From Minutocellus sp. GHC0000111 (Eukaryota): a stretch of DNA of 64,000 bases. Location: the NCBI GenBank assembly GCA_977018835.1, contig OZ361261.1, positions 1,984,001-2,048,000 on the forward strand, read 5' to 3'. Under the pieces are notes generated by a model that worked only from the letters and a program-made list of their open reading frames with translations, was not told the origin of the DNA and searched no databases. The stretch's first letter is position 1; each line of letters starts with the position of its first letter. A program made the translations under genes and the position numbers. Shown here piece by piece: positions 10,702-22,865 of this stretch.

Positions 10702-10829
10702 CAATTCACCAAACTGATGGAGGCTCATTGGAGGAAGCAGTCTAAACATAGATCTGCTAACGCGTGCCGACAATTCACCAAACTGGTGGAGGCTCATTGG
10801 AGGAAGTAAACATAGATCTGCTAACGCGT
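10702..10829. repeat. Direct repeat, 2 x ~60 bp
   Basis: caattcaccaaactg(a/g)tggaggctcattggaggaag...aaacatagatctgctaacgcgt at 10702 and 10771. Confidence 0.9.
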
Positions 10830-11803
10830 CTATTTTTCTGTCCAACCTCAGAGGATAAGCACATCCATTCTGGGGCTGAGGTCTCGACATGCTTTTTCAT
10901 TTCACGGTGCATGTGCCGGTCGACAGAGGCCCCACTATTTGCGGGAACTGTCGATGCATGGGGTGCCTTGGCCCGCCGTGCCTCTCCCCTCTCAGTCGAC
11001 CTCCCTTCTGCAATGGCTGTGAATTTCGCCATGGTCCAACACACACCCAGTGCTCCCTCTCATCACTGACTGCCAACGACGACGACACCGTCATCACAGA
11101 GCCGTTTGCTGCTGATGACATAGAAGTAGCCGTCAACGAATTGTCTCCCCGTTCGACTCAGAGTATCAGCCGCGCTACCACGTCTCCGATGATAAATGCT
11201 CTTACTAATGCTACAGTGGCTGCAGCAGTAGCATCCGTCGAAGAAGACACACAGAAGTGCCCGCACCAAGAAGAACTGCCAGGAGCCAATCAGCCAGACT
11301 TAATCTGGCAGCTACCTTCGAAGGCTTCGTACCGGTGAACAATCCCAACGCTTGGAGAGACCGTGACCTCGAGTAGATCTACACATGTGCTGACCCTTGC
11401 CTTACCCTTACCCAATCAATTTCATCCCACAATGATGTGTGTGTTTCATTTCACAATTGCGAACCGACTTTGTTTTTTTATGTTGTCAACATTCGTTCTT
11501 ACTGATGCAAACGTGGCTACCTATCCAATTGGATTTGGTTCTAACTTTTCATTATGATAGATAGATTTAAGCTATTTAGCGGGACGACACCACCACACCA
11601 CATGTACCGGCACGACGGAACGAGGACGGTCGCCAATATTTCGGATCGTCGTCATCTGATATCATTTCGAATCCGAGACAGTCGTTTGCTCGCACTTACT
11701 TTTTTCGCTGTTTTTGGCAAAGCACCTTGCCTTGCCATGGCAGCAGTTCATTTCACTGTGCCGCCGTGCCGTCATTGCACAGTTAGTTGGTGTTTGTTGA
11801 AGC

Positions 11804-13623
11804 ATGCCTCGACTTTTGGTTCGCCCCCCTCGCCCGGCCGGCCTCGCGCCGCAATGGTGCCCTCCGTCAGGAGCACATTGAGCTGAATGCTTCACGAAAC
11901 GGTCACGGAGCTGGCTTCTTCTCCCGACAGACCGCCCTCACCCTCATGTGCGGCGTTGCCCTGGGATACCTCGTCCTGCCTCTTCTGGTGGTGAACAAAA
12001 TCGGCCTGGACGACGCCCTGGATCGCCTGGAGTATGCCCGAAATGACCGTGCATCTGGCTCTAGTCCCAGCGGACCCAGATCGGCCAAGACTCAGGAATT
12101 TCGCCGCGGTGGCGCCGTCGATGCCGATGCATTAATGTCGTCCAGACTCGTGGTCTGGCCGGAGATGACGATGCAGACGAGGAGGACGCATCTCTTCGTG
12201 GCAACAAGAAGACTGCCATCAAGAAGGATGATTATGATCGTGGAGATGACAAGGATACCGGTGATCTGGTTGGAGAGCTGGAGAAGATGGAATCGGGATT
12301 GGACCCCGATGAGGAATTTGTCGACGGCAAGAAGGCGGTTGTCGACGACAGTGGAGCCACGATCGATCAGCATTCTGTCGTCGGCCTCAAGACGCATCAG
12401 GAACCCGTGTCGGAGGCCGAGCAACGCTTCCTGGAAAATCAGCAAATTTTGGCCAGTCAGAGCGTCCCCACAGGCACCACCCCCTACGTTATGAAGACTC
12501 GAAAGATTCCTGATGCACAGCGGATGAAGATTCTTATTACCGGTGGTGCCGGATTTGTTGGTAGTCATTTGGTCGATAAGCTTATGATGGAAGGCCACGA
12601 AGTTGTTGTGATTGATAACATGTTCAGTAAGTCGGTGACAAAGAAATGCGTTGGAATTGTTGATATGCTCGCATTTATGTACTTGCATTCTTACATACAA
12701 AATTTTCTGCTTATTTCTCATTATCACTCACAGCCGGCAGCAAGAAGAACATTGAGCACTGGCTCCACCATCCCAATTTTAGTCTTCGCATTCACGACGT
12801 TACTGAGCCCATCATGCTTGAGGTTGACCAGATTTACCATCTGGCCTGCCCTGCCTCTCCTCCGCACTACCAGTACAATCCTGTCAAGACCATCAAGACT
12901 AGTACCATGGGTACCATCAACATGCTTGGTCTTGCCAAGCGTGTCAAGGCCAGGATGCTTCTGACTTCGACATCTGAAATCTACGGTGATCCGAAGGTCC
13001 ATCCTCAGCCAGAATCGTACTGGGGCAATGTCAACACGATTTGACCGCGATCGTGCTACGATGAGGGCAAGCGCGTCGCCGAGACGATGATGTACAGCTA
13101 CTGCAACCAGAACAATGTGGAGGTCCGTGTAGCTCGTATTTTCAACACATTCGGACCGAGGATGCACCCCAATGATGGCCGAGTTGTCTCCAACTTCATC
13201 ATCCAGGCTCTGCAGGACAAGGACATCACCATCTATGGCGATGGAAAGCAGACTCGTTCGTTCCAGTATGTTTCGGACCTCGTCGATGGTCTCCACAAGC
13301 TCATGAACGGTGATTACGACGGCCCAGTTAACCTCGGCAACCCAGACGAATACACAGTCAAGGACTTCCCAACCTACATTAAGGATATGACCAAGTCCAA
13401 CAGTGAAATCAAGCTACTTCCCAAGTCGACCGACGATCCCTCGCAGCGCAAGCCAGACATTAGTCTGGCCAAGGAGAAGATCGACTGGGCCCCCAAGGTC
13501 AAGGTTCGCGATGGACTTAAGGAGGCCATTCGGTATTTCAAGAGCGTCCTGGATGAGTCTGGCGAAATTGTCCCCACAGGTCCGGGAGCTGCCAAGCCCA
13601 AAAAGATCCAAGAGGAGGCATAA
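11804..13623 (+). CDS. UXS1: UDP-glucuronic acid decarboxylase (UDP-xylose synthase), membrane-anchored; disrupted in this sequence
   Basis: [47 protein letters not shown]; intron 12627-12733; in-frame TGA at 13042-13044 where the family has G of IGPRS; frameshifts near 11825 and 12130. Confidence 0.9.
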
Positions 13624-13709
13624 ATCTGTGCATAGGATCCCTATAGGCCGATTACTAGTAAGACCCTGGATCTACATACTTTCAAAATATGTAATCAAAT
13701 TGATTTTCT

Positions 13710-14540
13710 TTACTTGGCTCCCTTTTCTTTCTTAGCTTTTGGTAGACGAACGCACTCCACCTTTTCGTTTTTGATTTTGCTTATTCTTCCCTTTTGATTG
13801 ATGACTGTGTGTTCGTCGTTCTTCTCGACGAGCAGTCCCTCCTTCACCTTTTTCTTGCCTTTCTTGTTGGTCTCGGTCGTCTCGACAAGGACCTCAAATC
13901 CCTTGTAGGCCTCAAACATCACGTCGCCCTGCAACACATCACTGGCACCTGGCGTTGTAACCTCAATGGAATGTGTCTGTGCGATAATGTCCCCGACGCT
14001 TCCTTCTCCCAATTCCGCCAGAGCTCGGTTAATGGCCCGGGCAATCCCTGTGATGGATGGTTCATCCTCGTCCTCGTCATCTTCTCCCTCCAATTCATCT
14101 TCGACATAATCGCCAATATCAACGTCACCAAATATACCTGCCTCATCGGCCGCACTCTGGTCCAGCTCATCGGCATCAAAGTACATGTCCAGCTCCTCAG
14201 CGAGTTCCTCATCGTCCAGGCCTTCCAGGGACGGCCCACCCAACTTGACCAGTTCGCCGGATATGGTGACGATGATTTGGTCGCCCTTCCAGTCAATATC
14301 AATGTTATCTGGCTGTGCACCTGCCTCGATGGCCGCCTTGCGGATATTGTCGTTGCCCTGGACTTGCATCTCACTCTCCGAGACGGAGCCGGCCATTGGC
14401 ATGACAAGTTGACTGGCGATGGCGGTGGCTCGGCCACATGTGCTCGAAACGCAACGTGAGGACGAATGCGGTGCAAAACCCGCCGAGGGATCGCATGCCG
14501 CGAAAAGCCCTATGATAATGAATAACGATCTCGTCAACAT
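13710..14540 (-). CDS. rimP: Plastid-targeted ribosome maturation factor RimP-like protein
   Basis: Signal peptide + SAG|FAP; IEVTTPGASDVL..FEAYKGFEVLV..EGLLV corresponds to the RimP LEVSSPG motif and C-terminal domain. Confidence 0.75.
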   Translation of the reverse strand: MLTRSLFIIIGLFAACDPSAGFAPHSSSRCVSSTCGRATAIASQLVMPMAGSVSESEMQVQGNDNIRKAAIEAGAQPDNIDIDWKGDQIIVTISGELVKLGGPSLEGLDDEELAEELDMYFDADELDQSAADEAGIFGDVDIGDYVEDELEGEDDEDEDEPSITGIARAINRALAELGEGSVGDIIAQTHSIEVTTPGASDVLQGDVMFEAYKGFEVLVETTETNKKGKKKVKEGLLVEKNDEHTVINQKGRISKIKNEKVECVRLPKAKKEKGAK

Positions 14541-14999
14541 TATGGTTGATGAGCAAGCAAGGGTGGCTGCTGCTGGATAGGATGCAAAGCAACGCTGGAT
14601 GCTGACGAGTGATGATGAGGCCGGCCGCGAGAACGACAGGCGGACGGTCTCATTTTTATTTTTCCTCCTTTTTATCCTCTAATCCCTTTTTCGTTTTTCA
14701 TGCGTCAGTCAACGAGCGACGTGCCACAGCACCATCTGCCAGCCGGATGACTCGCATACTTTTGGTCGCATTTTCGGTGGCCGGCCGGCGCGCGAAGCAA
14801 CCGACCGGCGCGCCCAACGCGAGCCACCATGGCGGCAAAAATTCAAATTGCCGCCGCTACGTGCAGAACGAAGGCGATATCTCGCGCTGGTGTGGGAGAA
14901 TTACGGCACGAGACCAACCAGGTACTCCCGACATCCTGGTGATATTCCCGTTGGTCTCGATCCATAATTCTCCATGAGCAAAAAAAATAACGGCCGCAA

Positions 15000-16628
15000 C
15001 AATCCCGCGGTCAACACCGCAGACAGAGTTGCGGTGCAGGACGCCCTCTGGCTGAACTACTCGTCCGTCTTCGCAGAAAGGAACTTCATTACTACAATTT
15101 CATCGGCAACAACAACGACTTCTTGATGAATGTGTTGGGATGCAGTCCCATCATGTGCGGCGCCGTCATGCACACTGCGGGCATCTTGGGTTTGAAAAGA
15201 AGAAGAAACACGAAGACTGCGATGTGTTTTTTGTGAGGACAGACAACCAGAATGGATGGGATGAAATGGTGTCAAGACACTGCCTTGCCGACGACGTTCA
15301 GCGAACCCCACACAAAAAGAGCATGTTTGTTCGCCTCGGCTCTGTCAATCCTCGTGCAGCCGACGCTCTCCATGATGATGGATGGATGGCTTTCGACATG
15401 GTCACACGGTCGAGCAACAACTTCGCCTCGAAATGCCGCCGCCGCGGCTCAATTTGACGAAGGCATGTAATGCATTCCTCAAGTCGGTCGCACCACATGC
15501 ATCGGTGGGACATGCGGCGATGGACTACGAAATCAACAGGCAGATGTTGCTCGAGGCCCAGAAGTTCCCTGGTGGGTGTAATGGCCAGGACGATGGGTGG
15601 GACAATGACGACGATGATGTTAGGACGGTGGGCACCCTGACCACGACGGAGGCCGGCGAGATCAGTGAGGACGATGACGACGAAGACGAGGACTATGTGC
15701 CCTGTTGTGAGGACGAAGCTGATATTGCAAGAGAGGACGCTGCACATGAAGCACACATGCAGCAGTGCTTTGTGAGAAGAATCGTCAGAAGCACGGTGAT
15801 GGCGAGCCAGAGATGGGAGCTGTCGATGATGCCGAGGATGACGATGCCCCTCACTTCCATTTCCTGAAAAAGGCCGGCATTGAGGCGGCCGACTCAGGTA
15901 AAATAAGGGCAGTGCTGGCAGAATGCTGGAGAGCTTTATCTGTTAACATTTCTGATGATGGCAACAACAAGAAGAAACCAAGGACAATGGAGTTCATCCA
16001 CCATGACACCTCCACCAAAGGAACTCTCCTAGAGCACAATCGCGAGGAAGATGGCATGACGGATGACGACATCAAAGAGCTCTGCAAAGCTTGCTCTAAT
16101 TTGCTCCATCCACACTCTTGACGCAACACATTCCAGGTTTCTGAAATGGCACATGAAATGGGATGATGAGGCAAAGAAGGCTGTGAGAGAGCTTGAAGCA
16201 TTGATTGCAAGTGCCCTCAAGCAAGCACGGGCAATCGGCATTAGCATGACGCCCAAGTGGCACTTGCTCGAAGATCACATCTTGGACCAACACATTTGGC
16301 TAGCAGTGAAGAATGGACATGGGGCGGCATCTATTGGCTCGACGAATCGTTTGTAGAGCGAGCCCACCAAGAGGGCGTTAAGGAAGATCGTCGGACTCAG
16401 GGCGTCAAGGGACATGAGGCCCAACAGACGGCGCAGTTCAAGGCTGAGGAGAGGGCATCCAATCCAAAGGTCGAGGAGAGGCGGGAGCGAAACTCTCGGG
16501 TGGCAAGAACAAGGAAAAGGACAAGGACCGAAGCTGTTAAAGCAGAAACTGATGACAAGCGCCAACAAATGATCATGATGGCCACCGATGGAGATGAGGA
16601 TGTAGAGATGGGAGCAGGGCATGCATAA
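15000..16628 (+). mobile_element. Decayed DNA-transposon remnant with a RAG1/Transib-like transposase C-terminus
   Basis: Across frameshifts: ELCKACSNLL..TLDA..ARAIGISMTPKWHLLEDHILDQH..WGGIYWLDESFVERAHQEG; left boundary uncertain; no TIR found. Confidence 0.55.
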
Positions 16629-17384
16629 AATTAGAAAATGAAATTACACTGCTGCTGCACAACAGCAAATGAATTGCATGGTCCAACTTTTACAAACAGC
16701 ATCGCGATTGAGCAAAAAAGTAAATAGTGCACCCAAACAAACACATCACGTCCTTCTTAACTCACCCATTTATCTCCCAGACCAAAAAGTCCCTTTGTCG
16801 GGTTGATTGTTGCATAAACTTATCCCAATGCTATCTGTCTCTCCTCGGGCGCAAAATTGTTGTCGGAATTCCGCGGGAGGTCGAGTGGGGATGCGATCGG
16901 TCGGGATCAGCGAGAGTCGGTCATACGGGGGGTGCGGCGCAATCCCGGCAGTTTATCATCAACAACAACGTGGGAAAGTACCAGAGGGTCTGGGGCATCA
17001 CAACGGGAGCACGACGAGCACAAAGACGGAGCAATGGTGCCACCCCAGAGAGAAACGAACGGCCGGCCGACAGATGGAGGAAAAGCAGGCCGATGGTTCG
17101 TGGCGTTGATACGCAGCGGAGGCCAATCTGAGGATACAGTAAGCTTCAACTATATCCAAACATGATAATGAATGCGTATTTGGTACGAAAATATAGTTAT
17201 ACGCCGGCGCAACGCCGACGGACCACCATGGTGTTGGACGGTCAAAGAATGGGTGACGAACGAGATTGGGTTTTGGTGGGTTTCTTCGTGACGTGTTCGT
17301 CTTCTGCCGAAAAACGCTTCATCCTACGGGCGAAACAAGACGAGATGGGGCTGTGGTGCATGCACTCATTTCCAGAGCAGCAAA

Positions 17385-19000
17385 ATGGCGGTCAAGATGA
17401 GCGCTCCACGGGGATCTCCAGCATCCATTCACCTCTTGGCGGCGGCAGTATCCTTGGCAGTGGCCCTTCTCGCTGCGCCATGTGCCGCCTTTGTACCGCA
17501 GTCCAGCACCGCCGGCGCTGAACTTCGATCTGACTCCCGCCCATCAGCATTGCATTCGTCGTCCACCGATGGCGCCGATCCTGGTCTCTCCCGTCGACAG
17601 GTCGGCGAGCTAGCGTAAGTTCTGCTGCAATACATGCGGCTTAAAGCATGTGAATATTTGATTGCCCTTCCGCCTCACGTTCATCACAATGTATCGTTCT
17701 ATTCCACAGCTTCGCCTCCTTGGGCTTGGGCGTTTCCTTTTTCGGCAGCTTGGAGACCAAGCCAACCGATTATGGACTGTGGGGCATCCTTCCCGTTGGT
17801 CCATACAAACGCAAAAAGACCATCATGGAGACCATCGTTCCTGATAAGGTTTGGACGTGCGATCAAAAGTTTGGTATTCTCAATGTCCAGGTGCCGTTGC
17901 GCTGTACCATCATCAAGCTCAGTGGCGGTGGCCTTTTTGTTTACAATCCCATCGCTGCGACCAAGGAATTCGTGAGCATGGTGAAGGAATTGGAAAAGCA
18001 GCACGGCCCAGTCAAACACATTGCCCTGGGAAGTGTTGCTATTGAGCACAAGGTGTACAGCGGAGTTTTCGCTCAAAAGTTTGCCAAGGCCAAGGTTTGG
18101 CTCCAGCCAGGGCAGTATTCATTCCCGAGCAATCTACCGGATTCTTTCCTGGGTTTTCCTCCGGGAAGAACTTTTGCCATGCCTCAAAACTTGGACTCTG
18201 CGCCTGAGGAATGGAAGACTGACTTTGACTTCTTGACCCTGGGACCCATCATCAGTCGAGATGGTGCATTTGGCGAGACCGTATTTTATCACAAGGCCAC
18301 CAAGACGTTGCTCTGCACGGATACTGTTGTTGAAGTGACAGAGGAGGTTCCTCCCATCTTCGAGGATGATCCCAAGCCTCTCTTGTATCACGCCCGTGAT
18401 ACCATTACGGATGTGTTAGAGGATACTCCTGAGGTCCGAGCTATCGGCTGGAGACGAGTCCAGTTGTTTGGACTCTTTTTCCAGCCTGGAGCAATCAAAA
18501 TCAAGGATGCGGATGTTGCCTATGCCGAGCGGCGCCCTGATATCAACTCGGACTTTATCGGGATCTATCCATGGGACTGGGTGGGAGATGATAAGGCGAG
18601 TTTCAATGCCATTAGCGGGGGACTTCTCGTAGCACCAATCTTGCAGAAATTGATTCTGAACCGCAACCCAGTGGAAGTACTTGATTTTGCTGATAAGGTT
18701 TCAAAGTGGGACATTCAAAGGATAATACCGGCACATCTCAAGAATAATCTCAAGTATACCGGCAATGACTACAGGGCCGCATTTTCCTTCTTGGAGGCCA
18801 AGGGTGTTCCCAAGGGTCTTCCAAAGCCATTGGACATTGACTTCCAAACTCTCAACGACGCCGAGGCGAATCTATTGGAGACTGGTGCCATCGCTGTGTG
18901 TCCTCCCCTGCCCGGCGGCGATGTATCAAGAGCTGAATTCATTGCCAAGACGGCATACAGTTGCCGCTCAGGAACGTGCACTCCACGGGCTGAGGCTTAA
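17385..19000 (+). CDS. Plastid-targeted DUF4336 protein (metallo-beta-lactamase-like fold)
   Basis: join(17385..17614,17710..19000); signal + CAA|FVP; YNPIAATKE, GPVKHIAL, EHKVY, IIPAH. Confidence 0.85.
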
Positions 19001-19216
19001 ATCCACTCAGAGTTGGTTTTGTGCTTCTTTCTCGTGATCATTTTCATTATTTATTGAAATATAAGTCAATTAGATATTTTTATGCGTCGAATCATTTCTA
19101 TCCGCGTACCTAGGTATCGTAGATGATGTTATGCGTCGATTTGTGCGTCGATTAGTTGCTATCAGCGTTCCATCGAGCACAGGTATGCCTTGCTCTTCAA
19201 GTCTTCTATTGTGTGT

Positions 19217-19773
19217 CTATTTCAGCAGCTCACTGAATGCCGCGGTAACTTCTTCAGCACTGTGCTCCTTCTTGGCTTCCTCCAAGAATTTAGCCACCTC
19301 GGGAGGAATGTGCAGGCTGGTCTCCTTCATCGGCTCGTCCCCGCCGCCATCCTCGGGTTGTGTTGGTACCGCCACATCATTCTTGTCGAGCCATTTTTAA
19401 TAGATTTGGGAATTATATCCTCCTCGGCCACATCATTCTTCTTTGCTTTGGATTCCGCCTTCTTCTTGGCGGCCATCATACTGGCAATGCCGCCACCGTA
19501 CATGGCATTGGTCATTGTTTCGCCTGCTTCTTCCTCCCACTTGGTAGCACTTTGGTTGGCCTCGATCCAGGTTTTGACTCCAGGAGGGAGGGAGTATACC
19601 TTCTCCTTCTCAGTTTTCGATTTGCCTTCGGTACTAGTAGAGCCAATGACTCCTGCCGACTCCTCGATGGGTGGCTTTGATTGCTGCTTGGTCGCCATCG
19701 TCTTTGTTGTATCCTTGGGCATGGCCGCCGATAGGCCACCACGAAGGGCTGCTTGGTATGCGTCGTCCAACAT
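19217..19773 (-). CDS. Small hypothetical protein, frameshift near 19395
   Basis: MLDDAYQ.. ORF switches frame in an A-run and continues KWLDKNDV..IPPEVAKFLEEAK..ELLK*. Confidence 0.45.
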
Positions 19774-20212
19774 GGCGTTGGGAAGTATTGTATCGAAAAG
19801 TAAGTCAAGCAATGATCGAAAGTAGCTTGGCAGCAACAGGATTGCAATGCAAGCAACAGCAAAGTGCCTTCGTGAGGGAAGATCGGCCGGGCGTGAGTGA
19901 CGCACTGGTGAGCGATGCGATGACGTGCTGCTGCTGCGCGGCCGCTCTGCTCGCTTATGCTTGGACACACGATGCCAGCCGAAGGCATTTTGCACGTACT
20001 CGTAGGCGAACCCGAACCCCAGCCTGATGCTTCAGAGGCGCTCGAAGACAGAAAAGGTATCACAAGCAAGCCATAAATGCAATTGAAGTATAATTTCCCT
20101 CATAACAGAGCTCCGCCGATCATTCCATCTTCCAACTGAAGAAGAATCTTCTGCGCGTTTCTAATTCACATATTGCAACAACCAACGAAAGACAACCAAA
20201 CAAAACGAAACG

Positions 20213-22671
20213 ATGAACGTCGAACCCACATCCCCCAAAAGATCCGGTGACGACAAGGATTCGGATCCCACGTCCAGTCCCAGTCCACCGCCGAAAAAGG
20301 TAATCAAGCAACGAGCGTCAGAATCACCTCTGTCTGGCGCCGACAATGATGACGACGACGACGATCCGCTTACCACCATTGCCATCGAAGAGCCAGATGC
20401 GGCCATGCAAGGCGTCATGCAAACCATCGAGGTGCCAGATCGCGGCCCAGCCCTCGTCTTCGGTGCGTCCGGTCCGCAGGGACGGGCCGTCATCGAAGGT
20501 CTGCAGGAGCACGGATACGGCCCGCTGTACGGTGCCACCCGCGACGTCCACTCTCCCGACGCCCGATATGCCCAAGATGTGCTGGACGTCACCCTCCTAC
20601 AGGTCGATCTGGCCGACGTGCGGGCCCTCGAGAAAGTCCTGACGGAAACGCAGGCCACCTCCATCTTCCTTGTGACGACGACCGATATGCCCACCGGAAA
20701 CGGTGATCGGGCCGATTATGGCTTTCAATCGGCCGAGGATACCGAGTGTGACACCATCAAGTCCTTCTTCGACACTCTGGTCAAGGTTCACAATGCCGAT
20801 GGGCTAGCTCGTCACGTCGTCTTCTCCACCCTGGACAATGTCAAGCGCATCTGTACCGAGAGTGGTGGTGGCGGAGGTGGCGGTGAGCCATGGATCGAAC
20901 CCCTGGAAGATGGCAGTATCTGCCCTCACTTCACCGGCAAGGGCCGAGCTGGGGAGTATGCCATGAAGCTTCTGGAAAATGTCGACGGCCTGACGCTGAC
21001 GCTGCTGACATTGCCCTTCCTGCATTCTAACTTCTTGGGCTTCTGCACTCCTTTGCCCAATGAGGGAGGGACGCAATGGTCCATCAATGCCTGCTTCGCG
21101 GAGGACAGTGCAATTGATATGCTGTCCGTCTCGGATCTGTCGTACATTGTCCGTGAGTGTATGGTTATTAGTATGCAACCGATGTCGCCATTCGTTTCTC
21201 TTTGTCTTATATATATTCTACAGTGAATTCAGCCTGCTCACCTTGGCCTTTTTCATTTATATTGTTTTTATCTCTCGATCCTATCCCAACAGCCGAGTTA
21301 TTCGATGAACGTGCCGTCTACGTTGGGCGTAACATTCGTGCCTCAGCCGAGCGCATTACCCTGCATCAAGTAGCCGCCATGTTTTCGGACCTATTCGGAA
21401 AGGACGTTATATTCAACCCCCTCACGCCTCAGGAGATGGCCGCCCTACCGATCCCTGCAGCAGGATGCATGAGTCAAATGTGTCAGTTCCTCGGCGATCC
21501 TCGCTCGGCGCATGACATCGACACTACTTCTGCCGTCGTGTTCCCTCGTAAGCCCCAGCTCTTCAAGGACTGGCTACTCATCCATTCCGAAAACCTGGCC
21601 TTCGAGGAGGTCGGCCTCCTGGCTGATCCGCAGGAGATTACCACCGTCACCGTCTTCGGTGCAACCGGCATGCAGGGGGCATCCGTCGTCAAGGGACTGC
21701 TGACAGACACGAGGAAGCGTTACCAAGTCCGAGCGACTACACGTCATATCGACTCGGTGCCAGCCAGGGCCTTGTATGAGATGGACCCAGAACGTGTGAC
21801 GCTCATCGAGGCTGTTTTTTATGTTCTGGACTCATGTGCCGTGGCAGTCGATGGGGCCGATGGGGCCTTCCTGGCCGTAGACTTTTTCGAGGGAGCGTCT
21901 GAGCATGTAGTCGATGAAAGGATGGCAAAGAACATCATTGATGCATGCGAAGCGTCCCACTCCGTGAGGCATTTGGTATTCTCGACAATGGAATACGTCG
22001 AAGAAGTGAACAGGAAACTCGTCCCCGATGAAGGTGAGGAAAGGAAGGAGGAAAAGGCCGGTGAGTCTTCGGATCAGCTAAGTCTTCGAGCCCAAGCCGC
22101 AGCTTATGCAAGAACCAAGAAGCTGAGCTGCACATTTGTGCTGATGCCTTGCTATAGCGAAATGTTCTACAAGCTTCTTATGCCCCAACTTGTTGTCGAT
22201 GAAGGAACTGGTGAGGAGCGAGCTATCATGACTGTTCCTACCAAGGGCGACGCCAAGGTCATGTGCATGAGCGTTGATGATCTAGGCCCGGCTGTAGCAA
22301 ATATTTTTGATAGCTACCAGGTCTACGCTGGCCATGAAATTGGGCTAGTTACTGAGTTCGTAAGTGTGAAGGATATGTCGGAAATCATGGCCGAAGCCTA
22401 CATCTCCAAGAAGAACGAGGCAGGAGACGGCAAACAGACGGCCTCGGTGGAGAGGAAGGAGATTCCAATGGAGCGGTGGATCGAACAGAAGGATACCTTC
22501 ATGAAAGATCTTGGCGGTGTGTTCGAATACATGAGCCACACCGGTGCCGTCAGGAAGAGACATTCAGTTGCAAAAACACTTCATTTGGTGCCTGAGACCA
22601 AGCCCTTCAAGCAGTGGGTCGATAGTCATAAAAACTCTGCTGCCTTCCGCCAGTCGCTTGGTTTACGATAG
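20213..22671 (+). CDS. Protein with two tandem NmrA-like (atypical SDR) domains
   Basis: join(20213..21152,21293..22671); two Rossmann motifs LVFGASGPQG and TVFGATGMQG; HVVFSTL/HLVFSTM. Confidence 0.85.
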
Positions 22672-22865
22672 CTCTCTAAGTTGACGCTTGTTGGTTGGGG
22701 GCTACACTAGGATTTTCATTGGAATTCGTCTATATCAGTAGGTGACCTAAATAAGCAAAAGCATTCCTTCTAAAATATATAGATTATAACAGCTTGCATA
22801 CAATGTACGTAGAGATGCATAGCAAGAAAAAGAAACCCCCAGGATAATAAGCAACCAATGATGGC

